This document shows positions 6,595-14,538 of a stretch of DNA of 14,605 bases, piece by piece (position 1 is the stretch's first letter; each line of letters begins with the position of its first letter). Where the stretch lies: assembly GCF_004376175.1 (NCBI RefSeq), contig NZ_SNUY01000062.1, positions 1,645 to 16,249 of the forward strand, read 5' to 3'. The notes under the pieces are model-generated. The model saw only the letters and a list, made by a program, of their open reading frames with translations, had not been told where the DNA came from and did not search any database. The DNA is from Halalkalibacterium halodurans (lineage in GTDB: Bacteria > Bacillota > Bacilli > Bacillales > Bacillaceae_D). The translations under genes and the position numbers were made by a program.

Positions 6595-7647
6595 ATGAAC
6601 TGGGAAGAACTTTATGATGTTACAATTATCGGCGGCGGACCAGCAGGATTGTTCTCTGCGTTTTATAGCGGACTTAGAGAAATGAAAACGAAGGTTATCG
6701 AGTATCAACCGATGCTAGGTGGCAAAGTTCATGTTTATCCAGAAAAAATGATTTGGGATGTGGGTGGATTAACACCGATCCTAGGAGAAAAGTTAATTGA
6801 ACAGCTTGTTACGCAAGCGTTAACGTTCAATCCAACCGTCGTTTTGAATGAGAAAGTCACATCTATTGCTCAAGAGGAGTCAGGATGGTTTGTGATAAGG
6901 ACAGCTTCTGGACGAGCGCATTTAACAAAAACCGTGATAATTGCTGTGGGTGGTGGAATCTTAAAGCCGCAAAAAATCGAGCTAGAAGGGGCCGAACGAT
7001 TTGAAGTGACGAATTTACACTATACGGTTAAGTCGTTGATGCGATTTAAAGATAAAACAGTCATCATTTCTGGAGGGGGTAATTCGGCCATCGACTGGGC
7101 GAACGAACTAGAGCCAATCGCAAAAAAAGTTTATTTAACTTATCGAAAAGAGGCGTTGAATGGTCATGAAGCACAGATTTCACAACTTCTAAGCAGTTCC
7201 GCTACTTGCCTTTTCCATACGACAATTACCAAGCTGATCGCCAGAGACAACAAAGAAGTAATTGAACAGGTTGAGCTTACTGATCATCAAACGGGTGAAG
7301 TGACTAATTTAGCAGTTGATGAAGTGATTATTGACCATGGATATGAACGGGATAAGTCGTTGCTTGATCAAAGCGAAGTAACTCTTGATCGGATCGATGA
7401 TTATTATATTGCCGGAACCCCAACAAGTGCTACATCTGTAGGGGGCATCTACGCAGCAGGGGATGTTCTAAAACATGAAGGAAAGCTACACTTAATCGCC
7501 GGAGCCTTTCAAGATGCAGCGAATGCAGTCAACCAAGCAAAGCAATGGATTGAGCCAGAAGCCCATCAGTCAGCAATGGTTTCATCACACAATCATGTAT
7601 TTAAAGAACGGAATCGAGAATTAATAAGACAAATGTTAAAAAATTAG
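6595..7647 (+). CDS. ycgT: Ferredoxin-NADP+ reductase, thioredoxin-reductase-like type (YcgT/YumC family)
   Basis: FAD motif YDVTIIGGGPAGL. NADPH motif VIISGGGNSAIDWANELEPIA. C-terminal GIYAAGD. There is no CxxC redox-active disulfide, so it is not TrxB. N-terminal LREMKTKVIEYQPMLGGKV resembles B. subtilis YcgT more than YumC (from memory). SD AGAGG lies before the ATG. Confidence 0.85.
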   Translation: MNWEELYDVTIIGGGPAGLFSAFYSGLREMKTKVIEYQPMLGGKVHVYPEKMIWDVGGLTPILGEKLIEQLVTQALTFNPTVVLNEKVTSIAQEESGWFVIRTASGRAHLTKTVIIAVGGGILKPQKIELEGAERFEVTNLHYTVKSLMRFKDKTVIISGGGNSAIDWANELEPIAKKVYLTYRKEALNGHEAQISQLLSSSATCLFHTTITKLIARDNKEVIEQVELTDHQTGEVTNLAVDEVIIDHGYERDKSLLDQSEVTLDRIDDYYIAGTPTSATSVGGIYAAGDVLKHEGKLHLIAGAFQDAANAVNQAKQWIEPEAHQSAMVSSHNHVFKERNRELIRQMLKN

Positions 7648-7656
7648 TATCTCTAA

Positions 7657-7692
7657 GATCTGTGAACGTACGAGCGATCACAGGTCTTTTTG
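7657..7692 (+). terminator. Rho-independent terminator after the reductase gene
   Basis: 9-bp stem GATCTGTGA (7657..7665) / TCACAGGTC (7678..7686) including one G-T pair, a 12-nt loop, then TTTTTG. Confidence 0.6.
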
Positions 7693-7977
7693 CACTTTTA
7701 AGAAAGGTCAGCAGGGTAATAGAAAAACGATTGTTTCCCCGTTAAGGATTGGTAGCAAGCCAGTTTTGTAAGGAAGAAGGGGTTGAAAGCAAGTCGAATT
7801 TCTGAAAATGAATAATGGTTGGTTTGATCATCGAGTAACGGATATACTAAAAGCACGTTTCACTAACAGTTAAAAAATTGTAAAGAAAATGTTCAGAATC
7901 TGAAACTTTTTTGTCTGAAAAATCGTTATACTATTATCGAGACTATTATAAACCATACTAGTAGAAAGGAGATTAAC

Positions 7978-9087
7978 GTGAAATACCGCGCGGTTCTCCT
8001 ATCCGTATGTTTGCTTTTCATCGCTGGTTGCTTTCCTCAAGCAGACGAGCCCGAACGAGACACATTACCAGAACAAGAAGAAGATCCGTTACCAACTGGG
8101 CAGGAACAGCCTTCCATAACGCCAATTCCCGGTACTGAAGCACAGTACATTGATATAGCTGAGTGGTATGATTCTGACAGTATTCTGTACATAACAGATG
8201 AAGGAGAGAATTCCCTTGTTTATATTTATAACCTGTTGACAGGAGAAAAAGAATCTTTGTTTTCATCTGACGACGCTGTGATTAAAGTTACCGCCAATAG
8301 CACGCACAGCCAATTTGCGATTCAAACGGTGACGCAAGCTGGTGATGCCCCTGTTTCGATCATTGATAGCCAAGGGGAACTGCTCATGAAGCTTGAAGAC
8401 TTTGGCGAAGATTTTTCAATTTTTTGGAGTCCATATGAAGAAGATAAACTTATAGCGGTTGCCTATCTGCCAGACTGGGAGCAGGACCTTTATCTCATCG
8501 ATACTAGCGACAAACAAGTAGAGATGCTTGACTTGGACCAATCATTCGTTCAATGGTTAGATGAGCGTACGATTGTTTATCTTGATTGGAATGGAGATAG
8601 CGAAGGATACTATGCTCCGCTTTACACCTTTGACCTTGAAACAGAAGAGGTTGTTTTGTTGCATGAGGAAGCGATTGCGACCCTTGGTTTTGGCGATCAT
8701 GTAACGCTTATCATTGAGCGTCCAGAGCAAGGGGCAGAAGTGACAACCTATCAATTTTGGAACGGTTCCGAACAGCTTGCGGAGTGGAGTGTGCCAATTC
8801 TACGTACATATTCCGAGCAGTGGTGGATCCCGTTTTATGATTTTGATTTAAACAAACGGCTGTTTTATGCTTATAAACCTAATCGAACGGGAGATTATTT
8901 TGAATATGATGGAGGGTTTTCCTTTATCGCCTTTGATGTTGATCACGGTGAGGAAACCGTTCTATTTGAGTCAGATGAACACGTTCCGTTTCGTTTGTCG
9001 CCAACGGGGCAGAGGGCATTGTTTGGCCCGCGTTTAGAAACAGTGATGGATCTTCTGACTGGAGAGAGTAATTCCCTCATTGAGTAA
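7978..9087 (+). CDS. Acidic lipoprotein, uncharacterised (possibly YqgU-like by synteny; beta-rich, W/Y/D-rich repeat-like domain)
   Basis: GTG start 6 nt after SD AAGGAG (7966..7971). Signal peptide MKYRAVLLSVCLLFIAGC has lipobox IAGC. An acidic low-complexity linker follows (EPERDTLPEQEEDPLPTGQEQPS). The mature part is strongly D/E-rich. In B. subtilis, the lipoprotein gene yqgU lies a few genes after glcK. That is a synteny inference only. Confidence 0.75.
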   Translation: MKYRAVLLSVCLLFIAGCFPQADEPERDTLPEQEEDPLPTGQEQPSITPIPGTEAQYIDIAEWYDSDSILYITDEGENSLVYIYNLLTGEKESLFSSDDAVIKVTANSTHSQFAIQTVTQAGDAPVSIIDSQGELLMKLEDFGEDFSIFWSPYEEDKLIAVAYLPDWEQDLYLIDTSDKQVEMLDLDQSFVQWLDERTIVYLDWNGDSEGYYAPLYTFDLETEEVVLLHEEAIATLGFGDHVTLIIERPEQGAEVTTYQFWNGSEQLAEWSVPILRTYSEQWWIPFYDFDLNKRLFYAYKPNRTGDYFEYDGGFSFIAFDVDHGEETVLFESDEHVPFRLSPTGQRALFGPRLETVMDLLTGESNSLIE

Positions 9088-9093
9088 CCATCT

Positions 9094-9121
9094 TTGCAAC
9101 GAGATCAGAATATGTCATAAT
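9094..9121 (+). promoter_or_regulatory. Sigma-A promoter of the thi operon
   Basis: -35 TTGCAA (9094..9099), 16 bp spacer, extended -10 TGtCATAAT (-10 at 9116..9121). It lies about 25 nt upstream of the riboswitch aptamer. Confidence 0.65.
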
Positions 9122-9144
9122 AAAAAGAGAATGAATAATTGCAC

Positions 9145-9242
9145 AGGAGACTAGGGGTGTCTGCTTAAGTGGACTGAGAAAAAGGTGTGTTCCTTTTACC
9201 CTCATACCTGATCTGGATCATGCCAGCGTAGGGAAGTCGACT
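9145..9242 (+). promoter_or_regulatory. TPP (THI-box) riboswitch aptamer
   Basis: Hallmark conserved blocks are present: CTAGGGGTGTC, GGACTGAGA, ACCCTCATACCTGATCTGGATCATGCCAGCGTAGGGAAGTC. P1 pairs GACT (9149..9152) with AGTC (9235..9238). It sits immediately upstream of thiamine biosynthesis genes. Confidence 0.93.
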
Positions 9243-9263
9243 GCACGTGACGATCATCATGGG

Positions 9264-9300
9264 TAGCCGGCATCCTTATGGATGGCTGGCTTTTTTTATT
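9264..9300 (+). terminator. Riboswitch expression-platform terminator (transcription attenuation)
   Basis: Stem AGCCGGCATCC / GGATGGCTGGCT (one bulge, one G-U pair), loop TTAT, followed by TTTTTTTATT (9291..9300). It lies between the aptamer and the thiE start. Confidence 0.8.
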
Positions 9301-9338
9301 GTATATACAAAACAGAGAAAAGAGAGAGGAGAAGCAAA

Positions 9339-9974
9339 ATGAGAGATTTTCGGCTATACGCGATAACGGGGGAAGAATTTCACCCCGGTCGCTCGTTACA
9401 AGCTGTAATGGAAGAAGCGATCCTTGGTGGGGTAGATATCATTCAGTTGCGCGATAAGAAAAGTCACAAACGGGAAGTGCTTGAAAAAGCGAGAGTCCTT
9501 CAAGCATTAGCCAAAAAATATGACATTCCGTTGATCATTAATGACCATATCGATGTAGCACTTGCCGTAGATGCAGACGGTATCCATCTCGGACAGGACG
9601 ATTTGCCTCTTTCAGAAGCGCGCAAAATTATGGGCCGTGATAAAATAATCGGAATTTCTACTCATAAAATCGAAGAAGCACGGGAAGCCGAAAAGGGAGG
9701 CGCTGATTATATAGGGGTAGGTCCCATCTTTGAAACGAAGAGTAAAGAGGATGTAGTGGACCCTGTTACGACCGCTTATATTCAGCAAGTTGCTCATGAG
9801 ATCTCGATTCCTTTTGTGGCGATTGGTGGGATCAAATTGCATAATGTGGAACAAGTGTTGGACGCTGGAGCTACACGCATTTGCATGATTAGTGAAATTG
9901 TCGGGGCAGAGGACGTAAAAGGGACATGTGAAGTATTTAGCACTATTCTAGAGCAGCGAGGGATTGGGTCATGA
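9339..9974 (+). CDS. thiE: Thiamine-phosphate synthase
   Basis: ThiE catalytic-site pattern is retained: IQLRDK, INDH, GIHLGQDD, GISTH, GPIFETKSK, AIGGI, MISEI. This is unlike the TenI paralogue, which lacks the N-D pair. Start chosen at ATG 9339 with a purine-rich SD (AGAGAGAGGAGAAG). The track start 9282 lies inside the riboswitch terminator. Confidence 0.8.
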   Translation: MRDFRLYAITGEEFHPGRSLQAVMEEAILGGVDIIQLRDKKSHKREVLEKARVLQALAKKYDIPLIINDHIDVALAVDADGIHLGQDDLPLSEARKIMGRDKIIGISTHKIEEAREAEKGGADYIGVGPIFETKSKEDVVDPVTTAYIQQVAHEISIPFVAIGGIKLHNVEQVLDAGATRICMISEIVGAEDVKGTCEVFSTILEQRGIGS

Positions 9975-10168
9975 ATGTAATTGTGAATGGTGAAGTTGCA
10001 ACAATTAAAGCGAATACGTTAGCGGAACTCGTTAGCCATTATGAATTGGACGACCAGCTCGTAGTGACAGAGGTCGATGGGGAAATTATTGATCGGGAGC
10101 ATTGGACTCATTTTGAACTAACGGAAGGACAACGGATTGAACTCGTTCACTTCGTTGGAGGAGGATGA
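9971..10168 (+). CDS. thiS: Sulfur-carrier protein ThiS
   Basis: 65 aa ubiquitin-like protein ending in the obligatory C-terminal GG (HFVGGG). ATGA overlap with the thiE stop. Sits in thi operon context. Confidence 0.9.
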   Translation: MNVIVNGEVATIKANTLAELVSHYELDDQLVVTEVDGEIIDREHWTHFELTEGQRIELVHFVGGG

Positions 10169-10953
10169 TTATGATGAAGGATCTACCACTTTCAATTGGC
10201 GGAAAGACGTTAACCTCCCGCTTCTTTTTAGGAACGGGCCGCTACCCGAATCCTTTCGTTCAAAATGAAGTGATTCGAGTGTCGGAAGCAGAGGTGCTGA
10301 CATTTGCCATTCGTCGTGTAAACTTGCAGGCACCGGGAGAAGACGCAATTTTACAGCATCTAGAGGGAAAAACGTTTACGTACTTGCCGAATACTTCTGG
10401 AGCAAAAAATGCTGAAGAAGCGATTCGCATTGCTCGTCTGGCTAGGGCATCGGGTCTAAGTGATTGGATCAAGGTAGAAATTAGCGTAAACGAGCGAACC
10501 CTTTTACCAGACCCTGTAGAAACGTTACGGGCGACCGAAACGTTAGCGAATGAAGGCTTTACAGTTTTACCATATACATCAGATGATCCTGTGCTTTGCA
10601 AACGGCTTGAAGAAGCAGGAGCTGCAGCGGTTATGCCAGGAGGTGCTCCGATTGGAACTGGACTCGGCATTTTAAATCCGTACAACCTTGGTTTAATTGT
10701 GGAGGAAGCCAACGTTCCAATCATTGTTGATGCGGGTCTCGGTTCCGCACAAGATGTCGTTCAAGCGATGGAGCTTGGCGCCGATGGCGTGCTCATGAAC
10801 ACACCTGTCGCCAAGGCAAAAGATCCTGTGAAAATGGCGCTGGCGATGAAGCATGCGATCGAAGCAGGGCGACTTTCTTATTTAGCGGGGCGGATTCCTA
10901 AAAAACGGTACGCCACAGCGAGCAGCGGACTTGAGGCATTCATTTCAAAATGA
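10165..10953 (+). CDS. thiG: Thiazole synthase
   Basis: Similar throughout to B. subtilis ThiG as I remember it (IGGK...[75 protein letters not shown]). The start is ambiguous among ATG 10165 (ATGA overlap with thiS), 10171 and 10174. Confidence 0.92.
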   Translation: MIMMKDLPLSIGGKTLTSRFFLGTGRYPNPFVQNEVIRVSEAEVLTFAIRRVNLQAPGEDAILQHLEGKTFTYLPNTSGAKNAEEAIRIARLARASGLSDWIKVEISVNERTLLPDPVETLRATETLANEGFTVLPYTSDDPVLCKRLEEAGAAAVMPGGAPIGTGLGILNPYNLGLIVEEANVPIIVDAGLGSAQDVVQAMELGADGVLMNTPVAKAKDPVKMALAMKHAIEAGRLSYLAGRIPKKRYATASSGLEAFISK

Positions 10954-10967
10954 AGGTGTGGTTCTAG

Positions 10968-12077
10968 GTGAAGGAGCATGTGATTGTATTAGGCGGTGGC
11001 GTAATCGGTCTAGCGGTTGCCTTTGAACTGAAAGTGCGAGGGCATCAAGTCACCGTGCTTGAGCAAGGCTTATGCGGGGGACAAGCGTCTGGAGCTGCAG
11101 CGGGTATGCTCGCCCCATTTTCTGAAATTGGTGAAGACCCTAATGACTTTTTTCATTTGGCTCACGAAAGCTTAAAGATGTATCCCGATTGGCAGCAAGC
11201 GGTGAAGGAGATATCTGGCAAGTCTTTTGAATATGTTCAATCAGGTAGCCTTCATTGTGTTTATCATGAAGCTGATTTTCTTGAACTTGAATCAAGACAG
11301 CATTGGCAAGGAACGTTCGGGGTTGAGTCTGAGATCTTAAGTCAGCAACAAATTCGTGCGCTTGAACCGAATATTTCAGATGAGATTATCGGCGCCATCT
11401 ATTATCCTGAAGAAAGTCATTTGTTTGCTCCTGATTACGTCAAAGCGTTAGAAATCGGCTGCCGTAAGCTAGGAGTGACCATTGAAGACGAGGTAGGACA
11501 TATTTCGATAGAGGCGTGGATGGAACACCAAGTTCTCCGAGGGCCTTCAGGAAAGCAATGGGCAGGAGATCGTCTGATTGTTTGTGCAGGGGCGTGGGCT
11601 TCTGAGCACGAGGAAACTTTTTCTCTGCGTGTTCCTGTATATCCCATTCGTGGGCAAATTTGCGCCTATGAAGTTCCCGCTGGCGATGTTCGTCATATTG
11701 TGTACACAAGTCAAGGCTATATCGTACCTAAAGGAAATGGAACGGTCGTTAACGGCGCCTCAGAAGACATCGCTGGCTATGATACAACGGTAACAGAACA
11801 AGGGATTAAACGACTGACGAATTGGAATGGTCATATCTTTCCGTTTTTAAACGAGCTTACCCCTTTTCATACGTGGGCTGGGCTGCGACCTGCCACACAG
11901 GACGGGTATCCTATGATCGGTGAGACGAAAAAAGCACCACATGTTGTTTTTGCAACAGGTCATTATCGTAACGGGATCTTATTAAGCCCGATTACAGCTA
12001 AAGTCGTGGCGGATGTTGTGGAGGGAAAAAAGACAGAAGTCCCACTTACAATGTTTGACCCGATGCGTTTTTCTTAA
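10968..12077 (+). CDS. thiO: Glycine oxidase (FAD-dependent)
   Basis: N-terminal dinucleotide fold VIVLGGGVIGLAVAFEL. GAAAGML. C-terminal WAGLRP...DG.P.IG and GHYRNGILLSP are typical of ThiO/DAO-family enzymes. Sits in thi operon context. GTG start 10968 is about 9 nt after AAGGTG; the in-frame GTG 10980 is an alternative. Confidence 0.88.
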   Translation: MKEHVIVLGGGVIGLAVAFELKVRGHQVTVLEQGLCGGQASGAAAGMLAPFSEIGEDPNDFFHLAHESLKMYPDWQQAVKEISGKSFEYVQSGSLHCVYHEADFLELESRQHWQGTFGVESEILSQQQIRALEPNISDEIIGAIYYPEESHLFAPDYVKALEIGCRKLGVTIEDEVGHISIEAWMEHQVLRGPSGKQWAGDRLIVCAGAWASEHEETFSLRVPVYPIRGQICAYEVPAGDVRHIVYTSQGYIVPKGNGTVVNGASEDIAGYDTTVTEQGIKRLTNWNGHIFPFLNELTPFHTWAGLRPATQDGYPMIGETKKAPHVVFATGHYRNGILLSPITAKVVADVVEGKKTEVPLTMFDPMRFS

Positions 12078-12094
12078 GAAGGAGGAACAGGAAG

Positions 12095-12907
12095 ATGGAC
12101 AATCTAGCAAAAGCATTGACGATTGCTGGCTCTGACAGTGGTGGCGGAGCGGGGATTCAAGCAGATATCAAAACGTTTCAAGAGTTAGATACGTTTGGAA
12201 TGAGCGTCATTACAGCTCTTACAGCTCAAAATACATTAGGCGTCCATGGTGTCTATCCGCAAACATTAGATGCCATTGAAGCACAGCTTGATGCGGTTCT
12301 TTCAGATATTGGGGCCGATGCTGTGAAAACAGGAATGCTGTTTTCAGCAGACATTATTACGCTTGTCGCGCAGAAGCTAACAGCCTATCGCGTCAATCAT
12401 ATCGTCGTTGATCCAGTGATGATTGCCAAAGGCGGAGCAGCACTCTTACTCGATGAGGCGGTAGAAGCCCTCGTGAAGAAGCTTTTGCCGATTGCGACTG
12501 TGATCACCCCAAACTTGCCAGAAGCCGCGAAAATTCTCGGCATAGAATCGATTGATTCCCGAACGGAGATGGAACAAGCGGTCAAAGAGCTACACGCTCT
12601 TGGCCCACGCTATGTTGTCTTAAAAGGTGGACATTTGTCAGGAGATGAAGCAACCGATCTATTGTATGATGGAGAAACGATCCATGTCTTCTCTTCTTCT
12701 CGATTTGATACGAAGCACACTCATGGGACAGGCTGTACGTTTGCTGCTGCCATTGCCGCAGAGTTGGCCAAAGGGGCATCCGTCTTTGATGCGGTAAAAA
12801 CAGCAAAAGCTTTTATTTCGACTGCCATTAAGCATGCGGTGGCGATTGGTGGAGGGATTGGTCCAACTAACCATCATGCTTATAAAAAAGAGAGTCTCTC
12901 ATCATGA
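12095..12907 (+). CDS. thiD: Hydroxymethylpyrimidine / phosphomethylpyrimidine kinase
   Basis: ALTIAGSDSGGGAGIQADIKTF, VKTGML, PVM.AKGG, TPN..EA, HTHGTGCTF are classic ThiD ribokinase-fold motifs. A strong SD GAAGGAGGAA lies upstream. Confidence 0.92.
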   Translation: MDNLAKALTIAGSDSGGGAGIQADIKTFQELDTFGMSVITALTAQNTLGVHGVYPQTLDAIEAQLDAVLSDIGADAVKTGMLFSADIITLVAQKLTAYRVNHIVVDPVMIAKGGAALLLDEAVEALVKKLLPIATVITPNLPEAAKILGIESIDSRTEMEQAVKELHALGPRYVVLKGGHLSGDEATDLLYDGETIHVFSSSRFDTKHTHGTGCTFAAAIAAELAKGASVFDAVKTAKAFISTAIKHAVAIGGGIGPTNHHAYKKESLSS

Positions 12908-12915
12908 ACGCTCGT

Positions 12916-12954
12916 AGCCCACGTCCCGTTTGAAGAGGCGTGGGCTCATTTTAT
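12916..12954 (+). terminator. Probable thi operon terminator
   Basis: 8-bp GC-rich stem AGCCCACG (12916..12923) / CGTGGGCT (12939..12946), a 15-nt loop, followed by CATTTTAT. The U-tract is weak. Confidence 0.55.
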
Positions 12955-13003
12955 GTCGTTAAGTGTATTTGGTATGAGTAAAATTATTGTGGGCAAAATT
13001 TAA

Positions 13004-13051
13004 CCCCCTCATTTGTTGAGGGAACGTTAGAACGCTCAACAAATGAGGGGG
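13004..13051. repeat. Perfect 17-bp inverted repeat with 14-nt spacer
   Basis: CCCCCTCATTTGTTGAG (13004..13020) and CTCAACAAATGAGGGGG (13035..13051) are exact reverse complements. On the minus strand the hairpin is followed by TTAAATTTT. On the plus strand no T-tract follows. Confidence 0.8.
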
Positions 13052-13097
13052 CCACCAAGCGAAAGCGCGGTAGTTAATAAGCAAATAACATGAAAAA

Positions 13098-13163
13098 GAG
13101 GGTTACTCCTTGGTAGAATCTTAGTCAACCAAAACTAAATCACAAACAAAGGAGTAACCCCTC
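13098..13163 (+). promoter_or_regulatory. Hairpin sequestering the transposase ribosome-binding site
   Basis: GGGTTACTCCT (13100..13110) is perfectly complementary to AGGAGTAACCC (13150..13160). The latter contains the SD AGGAG, 9 nt upstream of ATG 13164. The loop is 39 nt. Confidence 0.6.
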
Positions 13164-14538
13164 ATGCAAAAGAATAACACAGTATATCCAAATTTAAAAC
13201 AGATTGAGCAATTAGTTTGGAGGCAATTACAGGAAACCTTCTCAAAGGTCATGAAAACACTATTAGAGGACATGGACAAGCAGATTGCAGAAGAACGAGA
13301 TAAAAAACGCTATCGACTCATTGATAAAAGAAAATATCATATAACTAGTCTCTTCGGAGAGATTGAATTAAATCGTAATTATTACCGTGACCGGGAGACA
13401 GGGGAATATGTTTTTCTCCTTGATCGTTATTTAGAGTTTGAGGATGCAGGTTCTTTTAGCCCATTGATTGAGGAGGTAGCTATTGAATTAGCTGTTCAGG
13501 GACCTTCCTATCGAAAAGCAGCCAGTACGTTAGAAACCCTTTTAGGCTATCGGGTTATTAGTCATGAGGCAATCCGTCAACACTTATTACAAGTTTCGAG
13601 TATTCCAAAAAAGCGTGAGCATGTACATCAACCTGTATTATTTGTAGAGGTCGATGGTTTGTTTGTAAAACGTCAAGGTAAACGAAAAAAGGGAAAAGAA
13701 GAGAAAATAGCCGCAGTTCATCAAGGCTGGGAAGTCAATGGGAAACGAGTAAGACTGAAGAATAAACGCCATTTCGTACATGAAGGGAACCAGCCATTTT
13801 GGGAGGCGTTTGAGGACTTTCTCATCGAAAACTTTGAGTATGATCCAACCATTCATAAGTTGGTAATAAATGGAGATGGTGCAAATTGGATTACAACTTG
13901 TCGTGACTATTTCAAAGATCGTGCATTCTTTTCGCTTGATCGTTTCCATGTGGCACGGGAGATTCGAAGTTTGTTCCGTCATCACCCACGTTATCGTCCA
14001 ATTCGTAAGGCGCTTGCATCATATGATTATGAGAAATTGCTTACAGAGCTTAACAGTGCAGTCGGAACGCTAGAGGATGATGAGCAAGAGGAACGTCTAG
14101 AAGCATTTATTCGCCAATTAGAGAAATATCCAGAAGCCTTGGGAGATTATCGTAACTGGCTTAAAGAACAGGGTATAGATACAACAGGAATGCGTCCGAT
14201 GGGTAGTGCAGAAGGAACCATGAGTGTATTTGCCAAAAGACTTAAAAATGGCCGTAGTTGGGTGGATAAAGGTGTAAGTGCCATGTTCACTGGTTTGGTA
14301 GCTTACTTGGATAAATTGACCTTAAAAACACTATTTGGCAGGATCGAAAAATGGACTGAAACACAGGTGGAAAAGAACCCACCAAGATACTATAAAGAAA
14401 AAGTTACGAGCACAATTGGTGAAGCCACTAGAGACAATGTTCTATATCTAAAAGGAAAAGCTAACATACCAGTTTACAAAGCATTAAAAGAGTTGTCTGG
14501 CTTTTAAAAAAGGCAAAATTCTTACCAAGAGAGTATCC
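13099..14538 (+). mobile_element. ISLre2-family insertion sequence (boundaries tentative; could extend to about 12970..14605)
   Basis: A single transposase ORF is flanked by imperfect inverted repeats. Left: GGGTTACTCCTTGGTAGAAT (13100..13119). Right, as reverse complement: GGATACTCTCTTGGTAAGAAT (14518..14538). The core is TACTC(T)CTTGGTA(A)GAAT. I could not identify a target-site duplication. A weaker outer inverted similarity (about 24 of 38) exists between 12973..13010 and 14566..14603. Confidence 0.6.
13164..14507 (+). CDS. ISLre2-family transposase (formerly UPF0236-type), 447 aa
   Basis: The N-terminal pattern (L..IE..V...L.E.F..V....LE.MD..I.E.RDKKRYR..DKR...I.SLFGEIE..R.YY.D...GEYVFLLD..L) matches ISLre2/UPF0236 transposases as I remember them. 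Candidate acidic catalytic residues sit in FVEVDGLFV and VINGDGANWI. It is a single intact ORF of typical length for the family. Confidence 0.75.
   Translation: MQKNNTVYPNLKQIEQLVWRQLQETFSKVMKTLLEDMDKQIAEERDKKRYRLIDKRKYHITSLFGEIELNRNYYRDRETGEYVFLLDRYLEFEDAGSFSPLIEEVAIELAVQGPSYRKAASTLETLLGYRVISHEAIRQHLLQVSSIPKKREHVHQPVLFVEVDGLFVKRQGKRKKGKEEKIAAVHQGWEVNGKRVRLKNKRHFVHEGNQPFWEAFEDFLIENFEYDPTIHKLVINGDGANWITTCRDYFKDRAFFSLDRFHVAREIRSLFRHHPRYRPIRKALASYDYEKLLTELNSAVGTLEDDEQEERLEAFIRQLEKYPEALGDYRNWLKEQGIDTTGMRPMGSAEGTMSVFAKRLKNGRSWVDKGVSAMFTGLVAYLDKLTLKTLFGRIEKWTETQVEKNPPRYYKEKVTSTIGEATRDNVLYLKGKANIPVYKALKELSGF

Noticed and set aside
6487-6708. Minus-strand ORF across the reductase promoter, Fur box and start codon
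   Set aside because: It overlaps the promoter, operator and 5' end of a well-supported gene. It has no SD and is AT-rich read-through.
7808-7873. 21-codon ORF (MNNGWFDHRVTDILKARFTNS) in the long leader upstream of the lipoprotein gene
   Set aside because: It has no SD within 15 nt of the ATG, no hydrophobic or toxin-like character, and nothing that suggests a leader peptide.
8018-8754. Antisense ORFs 8018..8266 and 8557..8754 in the lipoprotein gene
   Set aside because: They are embedded shadow ORFs without translation signals.
9282-9338. Upstream extension of thiE to ATG 9282
   Set aside because: That ATG sits inside the riboswitch terminator stem and T-tract. The conserved ThiE sequence and a purine-rich SD support ATG 9339.
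9612-12877. Embedded ORFs in the thi genes (9612..9854, 10260..10724, 11435..11647, 11440..11709, 11578..11793, 12397..12585, 12582..12806, 12659..12877)
   Set aside because: All lie within or antisense to confidently assigned thiE, thiG, thiO or thiD CDSs. None has a plausible SD or recognisable domain.
13638-14073. ORFs 13638..13985(-) and 13870..14073(+) inside the transposase gene
   Set aside because: They are embedded in the intact 447-aa transposase ORF. There is no evidence for a second IS-encoded protein or a programmed frameshift.
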